Source: Terrimicrobiaceae bacterium (GTDB lineage Bacteria; Verrucomicrobiota; Verrucomicrobiia; Chthoniobacterales; Terrimicrobiaceae). Taken from it: a DNA stretch of 63,967 bases. The notes under the pieces were generated by a model. That model searched no databases and was not told the DNA's origin. It worked only from the letters and a program-made list of their open reading frames with translations. The DNA is taken from contig JBGTAT010000289.1 of the NCBI GenBank assembly GCA_041749755.1, positions 1-63,967 on the forward strand. Direction: 5' to 3'. A program made the position numbers and the translations under genes. Below, piece by piece: positions 52,602 to 61,584 of the stretch. Position 1 is the first letter of the stretch. Every line of letters begins with the position of its first letter.

Positions 52602-53614
52602 AGACCATCGTATCAGACCAGCACCTCCCGGAGGGGGAGATCAAGCCGTCCCGGCAGGCAGCGGAGTTCCGGGCAATGCTCGACAGCGAATTTCAGCAGT
52701 TCCTGGCCACCGGGGTCCCGCTTGCTGCCATCGCCTGTCCGGGCTGCGGGGGAGATGAACCAGCGCCGGCCTTTGTCAAATCCGGCCTCAGCTATCAGGA
52801 ATGCCGGATCTGCGCCTCGGTCTACGCAAGCCCTCGGCCAGCAAGCCCGGATGTGGAAAGATTTTATCGGACCTCCGAAGCGGTCGCCTACTGGCACAAT
52901 GTGCTGCTTCCTGATACCCGGGCTGCCCGGCTCTCAAAGATCGTCGAGCCCCGTGCCCGATGGGTGCTAGGCACGGCGGATCGCTACCTCCCATCGCTGA
53001 CAAGGATCCTCGACATCGGGCAGCATTCCGGGCTTCTCATCGCTGAGCTTCTGCAATCCCGATCCCAACATTTTAATATCACGGTCGCCGGGCAGCTTGC
53101 GGACCTCGAAGGAGGCTGCCCGGATGGCCTCGCGATCGCGCCCACGCCCCTCGAAAAATTGGGCGAGCTGGGGCCTGTGCAACTCGTGCTCGCCTTCGAC
53201 GCTTTAGATCGCGCGCCCGACTTGGGGGCTCTGATGCGCGCCGCCCACTCTGTGCTCGAGCCCCAAGGACTTCTCCTGGCGGGATCGACGCTGATCAGCG
53301 GGTTTGACCTCCAGACCCTTTGGGACGGCTCCGAGAGCATCTCCCCTCCAGAGCGGCTCAACCTCCTCACCGAGAAGGGGGTTCTTTCTTTATGTGAACG
53401 CCATGGGTTTGAAGTGCTGGAGTTCAGCACCCCAGGAGTATTTGATGTGGAGATCGTCCAGCGTGCGATCCTCGCCCATCCCGAGGAGCCGTGGCCGCGG
53501 TTCCTTCGCTACCTGACGACGCGCTGCGAGCCCGAAGTCCTGGAGGGGTTCCAGGAATTTCTTCAAAAATACCGGCTCAGCTCATTCGCGCGTCTGGCGC
53601 TCAGAAAGCTTTAA
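52598..53614 (+). CDS. class I SAM-dependent methyltransferase with N-terminal 4-Cys zinc ribbon (paralogous architecture to 48276..49217)
   Basis: CPGCGG...CRICAS followed by ILDIGQHSGLLIAEL. ATGA overlap. Confidence 0.75.
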   Translation: MKTIVSDQHLPEGEIKPSRQAAEFRAMLDSEFQQFLATGVPLAAIACPGCGGDEPAPAFVKSGLSYQECRICASVYASPRPASPDVERFYRTSEAVAYWHNVLLPDTRAARLSKIVEPRARWVLGTADRYLPSLTRILDIGQHSGLLIAELLQSRSQHFNITVAGQLADLEGGCPDGLAIAPTPLEKLGELGPVQLVLAFDALDRAPDLGALMRAAHSVLEPQGLLLAGSTLISGFDLQTLWDGSESISPPERLNLLTEKGVLSLCERHGFEVLEFSTPGVFDVEIVQRAILAHPEEPWPRFLRYLTTRCEPEVLEGFQEFLQKYRLSSFARLALRKL

Positions 53615-53618
53615 TCTG

Positions 53619-54413
53619 ATGTTGGCCTCAAAAATCAAATCCAAGCTGCGCTCCGGAGAGGTGACGCTTGGCAGCTGGATGTCGATGGGTCATGTCTCGA
53701 TCGCAGAAATTCTTGCCTCGACCGGCTTCGACTGGGTTGTCATTGAAACCGAGCACACCGCCATCGATGTGAGCGAGGTCCTCCGGCTGATCATGGCGAT
53801 CGAAGGCCGGGGCTGCGTGCCGCTGGTGAGGCTCGCATGGAACGATCCCATTCAGGCGAAGGCCGTGCTCGACTCCGGGGCGGCCGGCGTCATCGTGCCG
53901 ATGGTCAATTCAAAAGCGGATGCCGAACTTGCCGTCAAAGGGGCGAAATACCCGCCGCTGGGGTTTCGCGGCGTCGGGCTTGCCCGCGCTCAGGGCTATG
54001 GGAGAAATTTTGATGCCTATGTCGAGGCCGCCAACAGGGACTCGCTTCTGATCCTCCAGATCGAACACATCGATGCGGTGGAAAATATCGAGGAGATTGT
54101 CTCTGTTGAGGGGATTGACGGCACCTACATCGGACCCTATGACCTCTCGATGTCGATGGGCCTTCCGGGGCAGATCCACCATCCGGATGTCAGGCTGGCG
54201 ATGGACCGCGTGCTCCGCGCGACGCTGGCCCGCGGGCTGGCACCCGGAATCCATCTTGTGCACCCGACGGACGCCTCGCAGAAGCTCGGCGAGTTTGTCG
54301 CGCAAGGCTACCAGTTCATCGCGCTGGGAACCGACATCCTGTTTCTCGGCGACAGCGCGCGCAACCTGTTCCAGACATGCGCGGGAGTGCTCAACGATGC
54401 TGGAAGCCGCTAA
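53619..54413 (+). CDS. HpcH/HpaI family class II (pyruvate-dependent) aldolase
   Basis: LGSWMSMGHVSIAEILASTGFDWVVIETEHTAIDV...VRLAWNDP...IVPMVNS...IQIEH...GPYDLS follows the HpcH/HpaI pattern. Confidence 0.82.
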   Translation: MLASKIKSKLRSGEVTLGSWMSMGHVSIAEILASTGFDWVVIETEHTAIDVSEVLRLIMAIEGRGCVPLVRLAWNDPIQAKAVLDSGAAGVIVPMVNSKADAELAVKGAKYPPLGFRGVGLARAQGYGRNFDAYVEAANRDSLLILQIEHIDAVENIEEIVSVEGIDGTYIGPYDLSMSMGLPGQIHHPDVRLAMDRVLRATLARGLAPGIHLVHPTDASQKLGEFVAQGYQFIALGTDILFLGDSARNLFQTCAGVLNDAGSR

Positions 54414-55041
54414 GGTCATCATCTTCGATTTCGATGGCGTCCTGGTGGAATCGAATGACATCAAGACGGCGGCATTCGAGCATGTTTTCTCCCGCTTTCC
54501 CGGGCATCAGGAAGAAATGATGGCATTTCACCGGGAGCAGGTTTCGGCATCCCGATTCATCAAGTTTGACCGCCTTCTGGCGCTTGCCGGAAGATCAGGC
54601 GATATCAATTTGCGCGCCGAGCTCGCGGAAGAATTTTCTTCCTATGTTGCCGCGAAGATCATCCAGTGCCCGTGGGTTGAAGGTGCTGAGGACCTTCTGG
54701 CCTGGCTGGGAAACCGGATCCCGCTCTACCTGGCATCGGTTACCCCGGAGGCTGAGCTGGAGGGAATCCTGAAAGGAAGGGGGCTCGTAAAGCGGTTTCG
54801 CAAAATCTACGGGTGCCCCCCCTGGAAAAAGCCGGACGCGGTCCGGGATGTATTGGCGAGGGAGTCGATCCAACCCGAGCAGGCGGTGCTCATCGGAGAT
54901 TCCGCCGGGGATCAGCGTGCGGCTGAGGAGACAGGGATCCGATTCATTGCGCGAAATAGCGGGTTGGAATTTGACCGGCCACACCCGCTCACATTTTCCA
55001 ATCTGAACGAAATTAAAAAATTTATGGAATCCATGCTATGA
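54397..55041 (+). CDS. HAD-IA family hydrolase (phosphatase)
   Basis: VIIFDFDGVLVES (DxDG), later LIGDSAGD. Start set at ATG 54397, overlapping the aldolase 3' end by 17 nt. Confidence 0.82.
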   Translation: MLEAAKVIIFDFDGVLVESNDIKTAAFEHVFSRFPGHQEEMMAFHREQVSASRFIKFDRLLALAGRSGDINLRAELAEEFSSYVAAKIIQCPWVEGAEDLLAWLGNRIPLYLASVTPEAELEGILKGRGLVKRFRKIYGCPPWKKPDAVRDVLARESIQPEQAVLIGDSAGDQRAAEETGIRFIARNSGLEFDRPHPLTFSNLNEIKKFMESML

Positions 55042-55991
55042 GCGATCTGGTTTTTGTCGGTCTTTCCACATTTGCAGCTGAATCCAGAGAACCTCTGGAG
55101 CTGCTCGAGCAGTCCGGGTTCCCATTCCGCGTGCATTCAACAGGCAAGCGGATTACCGGCGAGGAACTGGTTGCTGCAGCAAGCGATGCCGCGGTCATCA
55201 TCGCCGGAGTCGAGCCCTACGACGCCGCGCTCCTGGCGCAGCTCCCCCGCCTGAAATGCATCTCACGATGTGGAGTGGGGGTTGATGCCATCGATTTACC
55301 GGACGCGCGCCGCAGGGGGATCGCCGTCGCTAACACGCCGGAGATCCCGGCCCATGCAGTAGCTGAGCTTGCCATCGCCATGTTCCTCTCGCTGAGCAGA
55401 AATTTTCCCCGCCAAATGCATCTGATGGCTGCCAGGCGCTGGGAGCGGGTGCCTTCGCACCTCCTGATGGGGAGGACGGTCGGACTGATCGGGTTTGGGA
55501 GGATCGGCCGTCGGGTTGCCGGTCTCTGCCAGGCATTTGGCTGTCAGGTGCTGGCCGCCGATCCCCAGGTCGAACCATCGACGGCCGAGTCGCTAGGGGT
55601 GCGCCTGGTTTCGACGGAGGACCTATTGGCATCCTCGGACATCGTCTCCATCCACGCCTCAAAGTCGGGGACGGGTGGAGCCCTGATCGGGCCCCGGGAA
55701 ATGGCCGCCATGAAGCCGGGTGCAATCCTGGTCAACCTGTCTCGCGGCGACATGGTCGATGAGGCGGCTCTTTTGGATGCGCTGAATTCCGGGCATCTGT
55801 CCGCCGCCGGGCTGGACGTTTTCCCTTCCGAGCCATACGCCGGCCCCCTCTGTGACTTGCAGCAAGTGCTTCTCACCCCGCACTCTGCAACGCTTCCGCG
55901 GGAAACCCGCGTCGCCATGGAGATGCAATGCGTAACGAACGGCATTGATTTCCTGAGGGGCTCCCTTGACCCTGCCTGCCGGGTCTGTTAA
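55038..55991 (+). CDS. D-isomer-specific 2-hydroxyacid dehydrogenase (phosphoglycerate-dehydrogenase-like)
   Basis: GRTVGLIGFGRIGRRVA, NLSRGDMVDE and LTPHSAT catalytic pattern. ATGA overlap. Confidence 0.85.
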   Translation: MSDLVFVGLSTFAAESREPLELLEQSGFPFRVHSTGKRITGEELVAAASDAAVIIAGVEPYDAALLAQLPRLKCISRCGVGVDAIDLPDARRRGIAVANTPEIPAHAVAELAIAMFLSLSRNFPRQMHLMAARRWERVPSHLLMGRTVGLIGFGRIGRRVAGLCQAFGCQVLAADPQVEPSTAESLGVRLVSTEDLLASSDIVSIHASKSGTGGALIGPREMAAMKPGAILVNLSRGDMVDEAALLDALNSGHLSAAGLDVFPSEPYAGPLCDLQQVLLTPHSATLPRETRVAMEMQCVTNGIDFLRGSLDPACRVC

Positions 55992-56006
55992 AAACACGGC
56001 CCTTCA

Positions 56007-56627
56007 ATGAACTCCACCTCCTCTTCTACGTTTGCCGAGCAATACATTCGCGATGCTCAGGAAATCCTTTCAAAAATCGATACTGCAGCCATTGAAAAAA
56101 TGGCAGTGCTCCTGAGTGAGCTCCGCGAGCGGGGCGGGAGGTTGTTTCTGATCGGGGTGGGCGGCGGCGCCGGCCATGCCGGGCACGCCGTCAATGATTT
56201 CCGCAAGCTCGCGAAGATCGAATCCTACTCGCCGAGCGACAACATCAGCGAGCTGACGGCACGCACAAACGATGAGGGCTGGGAGACGACCTATGCGGCG
56301 TGGCTCGAGGTCAGCCGGCTCAACAAAAATGACATGCTGATGGTCTTTTCTGTCGGCGGAGGAAATTTGGAGCACAACATCAGCCCGAACATCGTGCGAG
56401 CGGTCCAGTACGCCAAGGAGGTCGGCGCCGGGGTGATCGGGATCGTGGGGCGCGATGGGGGATATACCGCCTCCGTAGCGGATGCCTGCGTCATCGTTCC
56501 GACGCTCGACCCGGATTATGTGACCCCTCATACCGAATCGTTCCAGGCGCTCGTCTGGCACCTGCTCGTTTCCGACCCGCGGCTGATGCAGGCCAAGAAC
56601 AAGTGGGAGTCGAGCGCAACCGTCTGA
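56007..56627 (+). CDS. SIS domain sugar-phosphate isomerase (GmhA-like)
   Basis: GGRLFLIGVGGGAGHAGHAVNDF...MVFSVGGG...GIVGRDGG is the phosphoheptose-isomerase-type pattern. No CBS domains. Confidence 0.8.
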   Translation: MNSTSSSTFAEQYIRDAQEILSKIDTAAIEKMAVLLSELRERGGRLFLIGVGGGAGHAGHAVNDFRKLAKIESYSPSDNISELTARTNDEGWETTYAAWLEVSRLNKNDMLMVFSVGGGNLEHNISPNIVRAVQYAKEVGAGVIGIVGRDGGYTASVADACVIVPTLDPDYVTPHTESFQALVWHLLVSDPRLMQAKNKWESSATV

Positions 56628-56637
56628 ATGCCACCCG

Positions 56638-57354
56638 ATGAAAACCGTTAACGATCTCAAGGTAAAATTATTCGCCGATGGCGCCGACCGCCAGACCATG
56701 CTCGACATGGCCGCCAAACCCTTCATCAAGGGCCTGACAACCAATCCCACCCTGATGCGCGTGGCTGGAGTCTCAGACTATCCGGCTTTTGCCAAGGACA
56801 TCCTCCGCTCGATCACGGACAAGCCGATTTCGTTTGAAGTGTTTTCCGATGATTTTGACGAGATGGAAAAGCAGGCGTTGGAGATCGCCTCCTGGGGGGC
56901 AAACGTTTTTGTAAAAATCCCCGTGACAAACACGAAGGGGGAGGAGGCCACAAACCTGATTGCCCGCCTGGCCGGGCAGAGTGTTCAACTCAACGTGACG
57001 GCGATTCTCACCCTCGACCAGGTCAAAAATGTCGTGGCCTCCCTTCGCTCAGAGATCCCAAGTTTTGTGTCCGTATTTGCGGGTCGCATTGCCGATACCG
57101 GCCGGGACCCCGTGCCGATGATGGCCCAGGCGGTCGAGATGCTGAGACCCTTGGAAAAATCCGAACTGATCTGGGCCAGCCCGAGGGAGCTGCTAAACAT
57201 TTTTCAGGCCGATGAGGTCGGCTGCCATGTCATCACCGCCACCAGCGACGTCCTGAAGAAGCTGGAGCTGGTCGGGAAAGATCTGGCCGATTACTCGCTC
57301 GACACGGTAAAAATGTTTTACCGGGACGCTCAGGCGGCTGGTTACCAGCTCTAA
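56638..57354 (+). CDS. transaldolase family protein, short FSA/TalC type
   Basis: LFADGAD...GLTTNPTL...NVFVKIPVT (Schiff-base Lys context). 238 aa. Confidence 0.82.
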   Translation: MKTVNDLKVKLFADGADRQTMLDMAAKPFIKGLTTNPTLMRVAGVSDYPAFAKDILRSITDKPISFEVFSDDFDEMEKQALEIASWGANVFVKIPVTNTKGEEATNLIARLAGQSVQLNVTAILTLDQVKNVVASLRSEIPSFVSVFAGRIADTGRDPVPMMAQAVEMLRPLEKSELIWASPRELLNIFQADEVGCHVITATSDVLKKLELVGKDLADYSLDTVKMFYRDAQAAGYQL

Positions 57355-57395
57355 CAGCGAGCCGGCGGGCACTCTGCAGGGTGCTGTGAAATGCG

Positions 57396-58910
57396 ATGAC
57401 AAAAAATCAGTACCGGATTCTTTGTGACGCATGCGACAGCATCCTGAATAATCAAGACCTGCCTTCTCACGCCAAAGCCGTTTCGTTCCTTCATGTCATC
57501 CGGGAACATCCGGTATTTCTATCGCAGTATGAGCCCCTTTTTGAAGGTTCTGCGAATACTGGAAGAGGGCCCGGCATCAAGGCCCTGGGAAAGCTGCTAT
57601 TTTTCTTCATCCGTTGCGGCATTTGCAATTGGGCTGCAACTCTCAAATCCAGAAGCCTTGTTCCAATAGATGTTTTATTCGTATCCCACCTGGTCGATCG
57701 GGAGCACATAAAAGCTGCTTCCGATTTTTATTTTTCGAACATCCCTCAGTTCCTGTCAAAAAATGACACAACGAGCGCGGTCGCGCTTATTGACCATACG
57801 AAGTCCGTCGTCAGGGCAGAGAAGAGGGTTTTTTCACATGATGGAATTCCAAGGATCATTCTGGGTCCGCATAAAAACCTTTTTAGCGCACTGGCAGAGA
57901 TTCCGCGCCTCTTGCGCGTCCGAAGTCGAATAAGCCGAATGATGCTGAACGGGCCGGCCGGCCTCGCCGGGCGTATCGCTCGCGGAGCGCAGCGGGAAAC
58001 AATTTCTTCGAGCACACTACTAAATCTTGGCGTTGCAGCGCAGGTGCAAACCCTAGTCAAAAAGCTAAGGCCCCGGGCCATCGTCGTCACGTACGAGGGG
58101 CATGCTTGGGAGCGCCTGGTTTTTGCGGCAGCAAAAACGGCAAGATCGGAAATTCTATGTGTCGGCTATCACCACACGAATCCCCTGCCGCTCCAGCATT
58201 CGCTCAACCGGAATTTGGGGTACCCATACGATCCGGACCTGGTGCTCGAATCCGGCGAGGCGGGCTTTGAGTACTGGAAAAATCCGGGAGACGATCGGGT
58301 AAAAAATGTGGTTATCGCCGGTTCCTGCCGAAGGCCCGTGGCGGCGCCCGGGCAAGCGCAGCGGGAGGGGCGAGGGTCATCGGAAAAATTGACGTGTCTC
58401 GTTATGCCGGAGGGAATCGAGACTGAGTGCAGGACCCTGATCGGCTTTGCGAGGGAATGCGCCGCGGCGGCACCGGAAATCCGCTTCGTAATACGGATGC
58501 ATCCGGTCCTTCCGTTTTCAAAATTTTCTTCAGCAAATCCTTCCTACAAAAGTCTTCCTGAGAATGTTTTTCTTTCGGACACCTCATTGCAAAACGATTT
58601 GAATCTTGCCCAATGGGTGCTTTACCGGGGGACGAGCGCCGTGATTCAGGCGGTGCTTTCGGGCGTGCAGCCTTTGTATCTCGACCGTGAAGGGGAAATG
58701 CCAATCGACCCACTCTACGGCCTTTCCGCATGGAAAAAAACCATCGGATCTCCGGAGACGTTTTGCAAGATCATCCGCACCTACAGCAATGCCCGAGACG
58801 ATCAGGAACAGGAAGAGGTTCGGACTGCTCAGGATTTCTGCGAAAAGTATTTCACGCCCATTGATTTCGAGGCCATCAAACGGCACTTGGCCGCAGGGGC
58901 AGCCAGTTGA
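57396..58910 (+). CDS. uncharacterised 504-aa protein, GT-B-like C-terminal half (candidate glycosyl/ulosonate transferase)
   Basis: No motif securely recognised. C-terminal pattern (FVIRMHP...WVLYRGTSAVIQAVLSGVQPLYLD) resembles Rossmann-type sugar-transferase folds. Confidence 0.4.
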   Translation: MTKNQYRILCDACDSILNNQDLPSHAKAVSFLHVIREHPVFLSQYEPLFEGSANTGRGPGIKALGKLLFFFIRCGICNWAATLKSRSLVPIDVLFVSHLVDREHIKAASDFYFSNIPQFLSKNDTTSAVALIDHTKSVVRAEKRVFSHDGIPRIILGPHKNLFSALAEIPRLLRVRSRISRMMLNGPAGLAGRIARGAQRETISSSTLLNLGVAAQVQTLVKKLRPRAIVVTYEGHAWERLVFAAAKTARSEILCVGYHHTNPLPLQHSLNRNLGYPYDPDLVLESGEAGFEYWKNPGDDRVKNVVIAGSCRRPVAAPGQAQREGRGSSEKLTCLVMPEGIETECRTLIGFARECAAAAPEIRFVIRMHPVLPFSKFSSANPSYKSLPENVFLSDTSLQNDLNLAQWVLYRGTSAVIQAVLSGVQPLYLDREGEMPIDPLYGLSAWKKTIGSPETFCKIIRTYSNARDDQEQEEVRTAQDFCEKYFTPIDFEAIKRHLAAGAAS

Positions 58911-58915
58911 TCCAG

Positions 58916-59824
58916 ATGATTTCCGCCATCATTCCGACAAAAAACCGTCCGATCGATCTCGGAAATGCGGTCGCGTCGATCCTTGATCAGACGCGACGCC
59001 CGGAGGAAATAGTCATCGTCGACCAGAGCGATGGGTCGGAGTCGAGGCAGGTTGTCGAAAATCTCTTATCAAAAACGAATCTCCGCTGCCGCTATATCCA
59101 TGACCAGAGCATTGCTGGGCTAGTCGATGCGAAGCGGGTCGGAGTCAAACATGCGACGGGAGAGTTCATATTTTTTCTCGAAGATGACATCATTCTTGAG
59201 GCCGACTATATTGAAAAGCTGCGGGATGGGTTTGACACGCACTCAGAAATGCTCGGCTGCAGCGGAATTATTACAAATCCCCCTCCGGCTTCCGCATTCC
59301 ACGACCTCCTCTTTGAAGTGTTTCATCGATCCATTTTTGCCGACCGCAGGATCGCCATCTATCGCAAATCTAAAGGGCGCGGGAACGCTCTGATTGCGAG
59401 CGCAAAGCTTTCCGGCGGCCTTTCTGCATGGAGGAGGGAGGTCTTTGCGGAGGTGGAATTCGATACGGCAAACGGATTCCACATGTATGAGGACATTGAT
59501 TTTTCCACGCGCGTTGCCCATCACTTTGGAAGCAGGCTGTACATTAATCCAAACGCGCGTCTCGCTCATCATTGCTCTCCGATCAATCGGGATGTTCTTG
59601 GTCCGAGGCAGAAGAGAAAACTTACGGAATGCATCGTTTATTACAGAAAGCGACATGATTGGCCCAGGGCGAAGATCGGCTTGCTCTGGCTACTCGTCGG
59701 CATCGGGTTGGAATCGCTTTTTCAATCCTTTTCCGCCCGTTCGCCCGGGCCTGTGCATGGGTATTTTCAGGGCGTGGCAGCCGGGTTTTCCAAAAATGTT
59801 TTGATGGATGGATCTCAAAGGTAA
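58916..59824 (+). CDS. family 2 glycosyltransferase
   Basis: SAIIPTKNRP...IVIVDQSD...FLEDD (DxD). Start at ATG 58916 or TTG 58907. Confidence 0.85.
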   Translation: MISAIIPTKNRPIDLGNAVASILDQTRRPEEIVIVDQSDGSESRQVVENLLSKTNLRCRYIHDQSIAGLVDAKRVGVKHATGEFIFFLEDDIILEADYIEKLRDGFDTHSEMLGCSGIITNPPPASAFHDLLFEVFHRSIFADRRIAIYRKSKGRGNALIASAKLSGGLSAWRREVFAEVEFDTANGFHMYEDIDFSTRVAHHFGSRLYINPNARLAHHCSPINRDVLGPRQKRKLTECIVYYRKRHDWPRAKIGLLWLLVGIGLESLFQSFSARSPGPVHGYFQGVAAGFSKNVLMDGSQR

Positions 59825-60800
59825 GAAGGTTTTAGTTACCGGAGCGAACGGCTTCATTGGGCGAAAGTTGGTAGAGGCGCTGGACAGAGAGGACGCCCAT
59901 ATCAGGATTCTGGCGAGAAGCCAGGCCGGGTCCCCTACGCCAAGGGCAGAGGTAATCATCGCTGATCTAACATCAGAGGGAAATCCTCTTGAGGATTGTT
60001 TGCGTGATATCGAAGTCGTATTTAACTGCGCAGGGGAACTGCACGATCCCCAACAGATGTACAAGCTCCATGTGGGCGGTACCGAGCGCCTGCTCGTTGC
60101 GGCAAGAAGCGAGACGGTCCGCACGGGAAAACCCATCCACTGGGTTCAAGCGGGCAGTGTTGGGTCGTACGGCCCACCCTGTTGTGGATCCACCGAGGTT
60201 GTTGTAACGGAAACCTCGCCCACGGATCCCCTCGGGCCATATGAAAAGTCAAAAACCTTGGCCGACGATATTGTCGTCCGATTGGCTCAGGATGGCCTGA
60301 TTACGTTCAGCATTGTAAGGATTGCCAATGTTTTTGGCTTAGAGATGACAAATCGTTCCTTATTCGGCCTAATCCGTAGCCTCCATGAGAGGCTTTTCTT
60401 TTTTGTCGGCCCTCCCGGCGCCTCGGCTAACTATATTCACGTTGACAATGTTATAGGAGGCCTGCTGCTAGCCGCTTCGAACCCGCTCGCCAGAGGTAAT
60501 ATCTACAATTTGTCCGATTCCTGTACCATGGAGCATTTGGTGGGCGTAATTTCTGCGGAACTTGGGTGCGCGCATCCAAAGATCCGTCTGCCTTATAAAA
60601 TCGCGCTGATGATATCAGGTCTTTCGAAAATCATTCCTCGCTTTCCCCTGACTCCGACGAGGGTATCAGCCTTGGCCAATCGAACGAGATACCCCATCGA
60701 CAAGATCGCCAGCGAGCTGGGGTATTCCTATTCTTCGCCTTTGGACGAAGGGTTGCGCGAGTTGGTTCAAGCGTACAAAGTGTCTCGTTTGGCGCTGTAA
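59808..60800 (+). CDS. NAD-dependent epimerase/dehydratase family protein
   Basis: VLVTGANGFIGRKL and GPYEKSK (YxxxK). Confidence 0.85.
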   Translation: MDLKGKKVLVTGANGFIGRKLVEALDREDAHIRILARSQAGSPTPRAEVIIADLTSEGNPLEDCLRDIEVVFNCAGELHDPQQMYKLHVGGTERLLVAARSETVRTGKPIHWVQAGSVGSYGPPCCGSTEVVVTETSPTDPLGPYEKSKTLADDIVVRLAQDGLITFSIVRIANVFGLEMTNRSLFGLIRSLHERLFFFVGPPGASANYIHVDNVIGGLLLAASNPLARGNIYNLSDSCTMEHLVGVISAELGCAHPKIRLPYKIALMISGLSKIIPRFPLTPTRVSALANRTRYPIDKIASELGYSYSSPLDEGLRELVQAYKVSRLAL

Positions 60801-60810
60801 AGTCTGAGCG

Positions 60811-61584
60811 ATGTTTTACCTCGCAAAAATCCTGCCGGTCTTTTTGTTGCCTGTAGGAGTGACATTGATCCTGCTTGCCGCCGGGCTGCTCGCCCGTCGG
60901 CGGGTCCTGATCGTTGCGGCGTTCGCGGTGCTCTACATCGGCAGCATCCCGCTGGTTTCGCGGCAGGCGCTCAAGCTCATCGAAGGCGATGCGGTGAGGG
61001 AAGCTCCGCAGGCGGCACCGTCCGCCGACGCGATCGTCGTGCTGAGCGGGGGCCGGGTCCTTGCTCCGGGTTCTGCGAAGGTCAGCGAGTGGTGCGACGC
61101 CGACCGCTTTTTTGGAGGGGTCGAGCTGTATCAGGCCAGAAAAGCCCCGCTCATCGTTTTCACAGGCGGGGCGGCTCCCTGGGAGCCCACTGCGCCGTCC
61201 GAGGGCGAGATGCTGGTCGGATTTGCGCGCGGTTTCGGAGTGCCCGCCGAAGCGGTGGTGACAACAGGGAAAGTTTTTAACACGGCCGACGAGGCCGCCG
61301 CCGTGGCAGCTCTGCTGGCCGGCCGGCCGGCAGCGGGCACTGACAAGAGCCCCCCTGTGGTGCTGCTTGTGACCTCGGCCTTTCATATGCCGCGGGCGAA
61401 GGTTCAATTTGAGGCGGCCGGGCTGCGCGTCGAGCCGTATCCGGTTGACTTCCTGGTCTCCTCCGAAAAGCAGGTCACCATCATGGACTTCCTCCCATCG
61501 GCCGGGGCGCTGAGCCAGACCGAGCTCGCTCTTCGGGAGTTTTACGGACGGGCTTTTTACCGGATTCGCCATGGGAAAAACTGA
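60811..61584 (+). CDS. YdcF/DUF218 family protein (ElyC/SanA-like)
   Basis: N-terminal TM segments, then ADAIVVLSGG...LIVFTGG...LLVTSAFHMPRA is the DUF218 pattern. Confidence 0.8.
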   Translation: MFYLAKILPVFLLPVGVTLILLAAGLLARRRVLIVAAFAVLYIGSIPLVSRQALKLIEGDAVREAPQAAPSADAIVVLSGGRVLAPGSAKVSEWCDADRFFGGVELYQARKAPLIVFTGGAAPWEPTAPSEGEMLVGFARGFGVPAEAVVTTGKVFNTADEAAAVAALLAGRPAAGTDKSPPVVLLVTSAFHMPRAKVQFEAAGLRVEPYPVDFLVSSEKQVTIMDFLPSAGALSQTELALREFYGRAFYRIRHGKN

